From Magallana gigas (Eukaryota): a DNA stretch of 64,000 nt. A program made the position numbers and the translations under genes. Positions 63,174 through 64,000 of the stretch are shown one piece after another. The notes under the pieces were generated by a model, which saw nothing but the letters and a program-made list of their open reading frames with translations, made no database searches and was not told where the DNA came from. The DNA lies in assembly GCF_963853765.1 (NCBI RefSeq), contig NC_088861.1, positions 30,132,001-30,196,000 on the forward strand. The letters run 5' to 3'. Position 1 is the first letter of the stretch. Every line of letters starts with the position of its first letter.

Positions 63174-64000
63174 ATGTTCCTTCCCCTAACCGGACTCTGG
63201 AGGATACTTTGAGGCTTGTGAGAGGGAACTCCAGTCTACAGCGACAGAACAGTGGTAGCTCCACCGGGAGCCACCAAAGTCCCCGCCAGACGTACACCGA
63301 CGCCCTCAACCGACCGTACTTCAACAAGTACTCCAACTTCCACTCTCCGGTCATCCAGAACGACCGAGCCAGGACCAGCAGTGCCCAGGACAAACTCCAC
63401 AACAGGAGCCTAAGGAATCTCAACAACAGCAAGAGTCTGTTTGAGCAGAAGTTGGAGCAGCAGCAGAGACAGCTGGTTGATCAACAGAAGAAGGTGTTTA
63501 ACGATTTTAACGAGGCGGTCCAGAAGGAGATAAATCATGGAGAGAATGAGGCAGACGACAGCGTTAGTCTGTCCAGCGCCGACAGTTTGGAGGACTCCAT
63601 GGAGGAGAGTCCAGCCAAATCGCAACAGCAGAATAATTATAATAACAACCATGTCCAAAACGAACAAGTGATTCATACCAAGTCCTCTCTTCAGGATACA
63701 CACCAGAGTGTGCGGGACATTTCCTTCCACTTGAATAGTGCTTACGGACAGAGTAACGGGGTGGGTTATCCAGACAGGAACGAAAAAATTGACTCTTACA
63801 GTGTGGAGCAAACTTGGGCCAACAATAACTACCCTCCGTCAAGTGTCGGAGTGTCTAGGCCTGAGGTACAGAAGACTCAGGTCTCAGAAGGGAAAGACCG
63901 ACCCAAGGTTCAATTACGAGCCTGGTCAACTCCGTCCCCTATAGACTCCCATCATTCCTCAGCGGCAAACACTCACATCACAAACAATAACCCCTATAGC
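63174..64000 (+). CDS. CEP126: CEP126 large exon, open to the window end (TLEDTLRLVRG...SKSLFEQKLEQQQRQL...SLSSADSLE...)
   Basis: TTTTAG acceptor and 275 stop-free codons, missed by the ATG-based track; matches the recalled CEP126 LEEALKQI, SKNVFQLKLEE and LSSIDSLE blocks. Confidence 0.9.

Noticed and set aside
63028-63944. ORF-track entries 63028-63432, 63410-63811, 63564-63842 (-) and 63738-63944 (+)
   Set aside because: Antisense or off-frame shadows of the real CEP126 exon (63174 onward), which lacks an early ATG and so is absent from the track.

Overview
AT-rich animal genomic DNA, most likely a bivalve such as an oyster. That assignment is inferred from the repeat landscape (HINE/Helentron-type satellite carriers, TTAA-flanked Kolobok-like elements, TA-flanked MITEs). 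I reconstructed three spliced genes by hand from GT-AG junctions and codon phase. (1) A tubby-family gene (TUB, + strand, CDS exons 5591-48265) with at least three phase-compatible alternative start exons, giving about 606, 615 and 412 aa isoforms, and a linker that appears to be built from three paralogous exon modules. (2) A six-exon, stop-free gene of about 619 aa on the - strand (58269-53146) that resembles the N-terminal half of an Academ-like transposase, ends where the catalytic core should begin, and has no flanking TIRs that I could find: a candidate domesticated transposase. (3) The 5' part of CEP126 (+ strand, about 61.9 kb to the window end). Introns contain nested and composite mobile elements, satellites, a tandemly duplicated splice donor and a near-perfect 79-nt hairpin. 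No rRNA, tRNA or CRISPR was found. All homology calls come from recalled motifs, not database searches, and no isoform has expression support.
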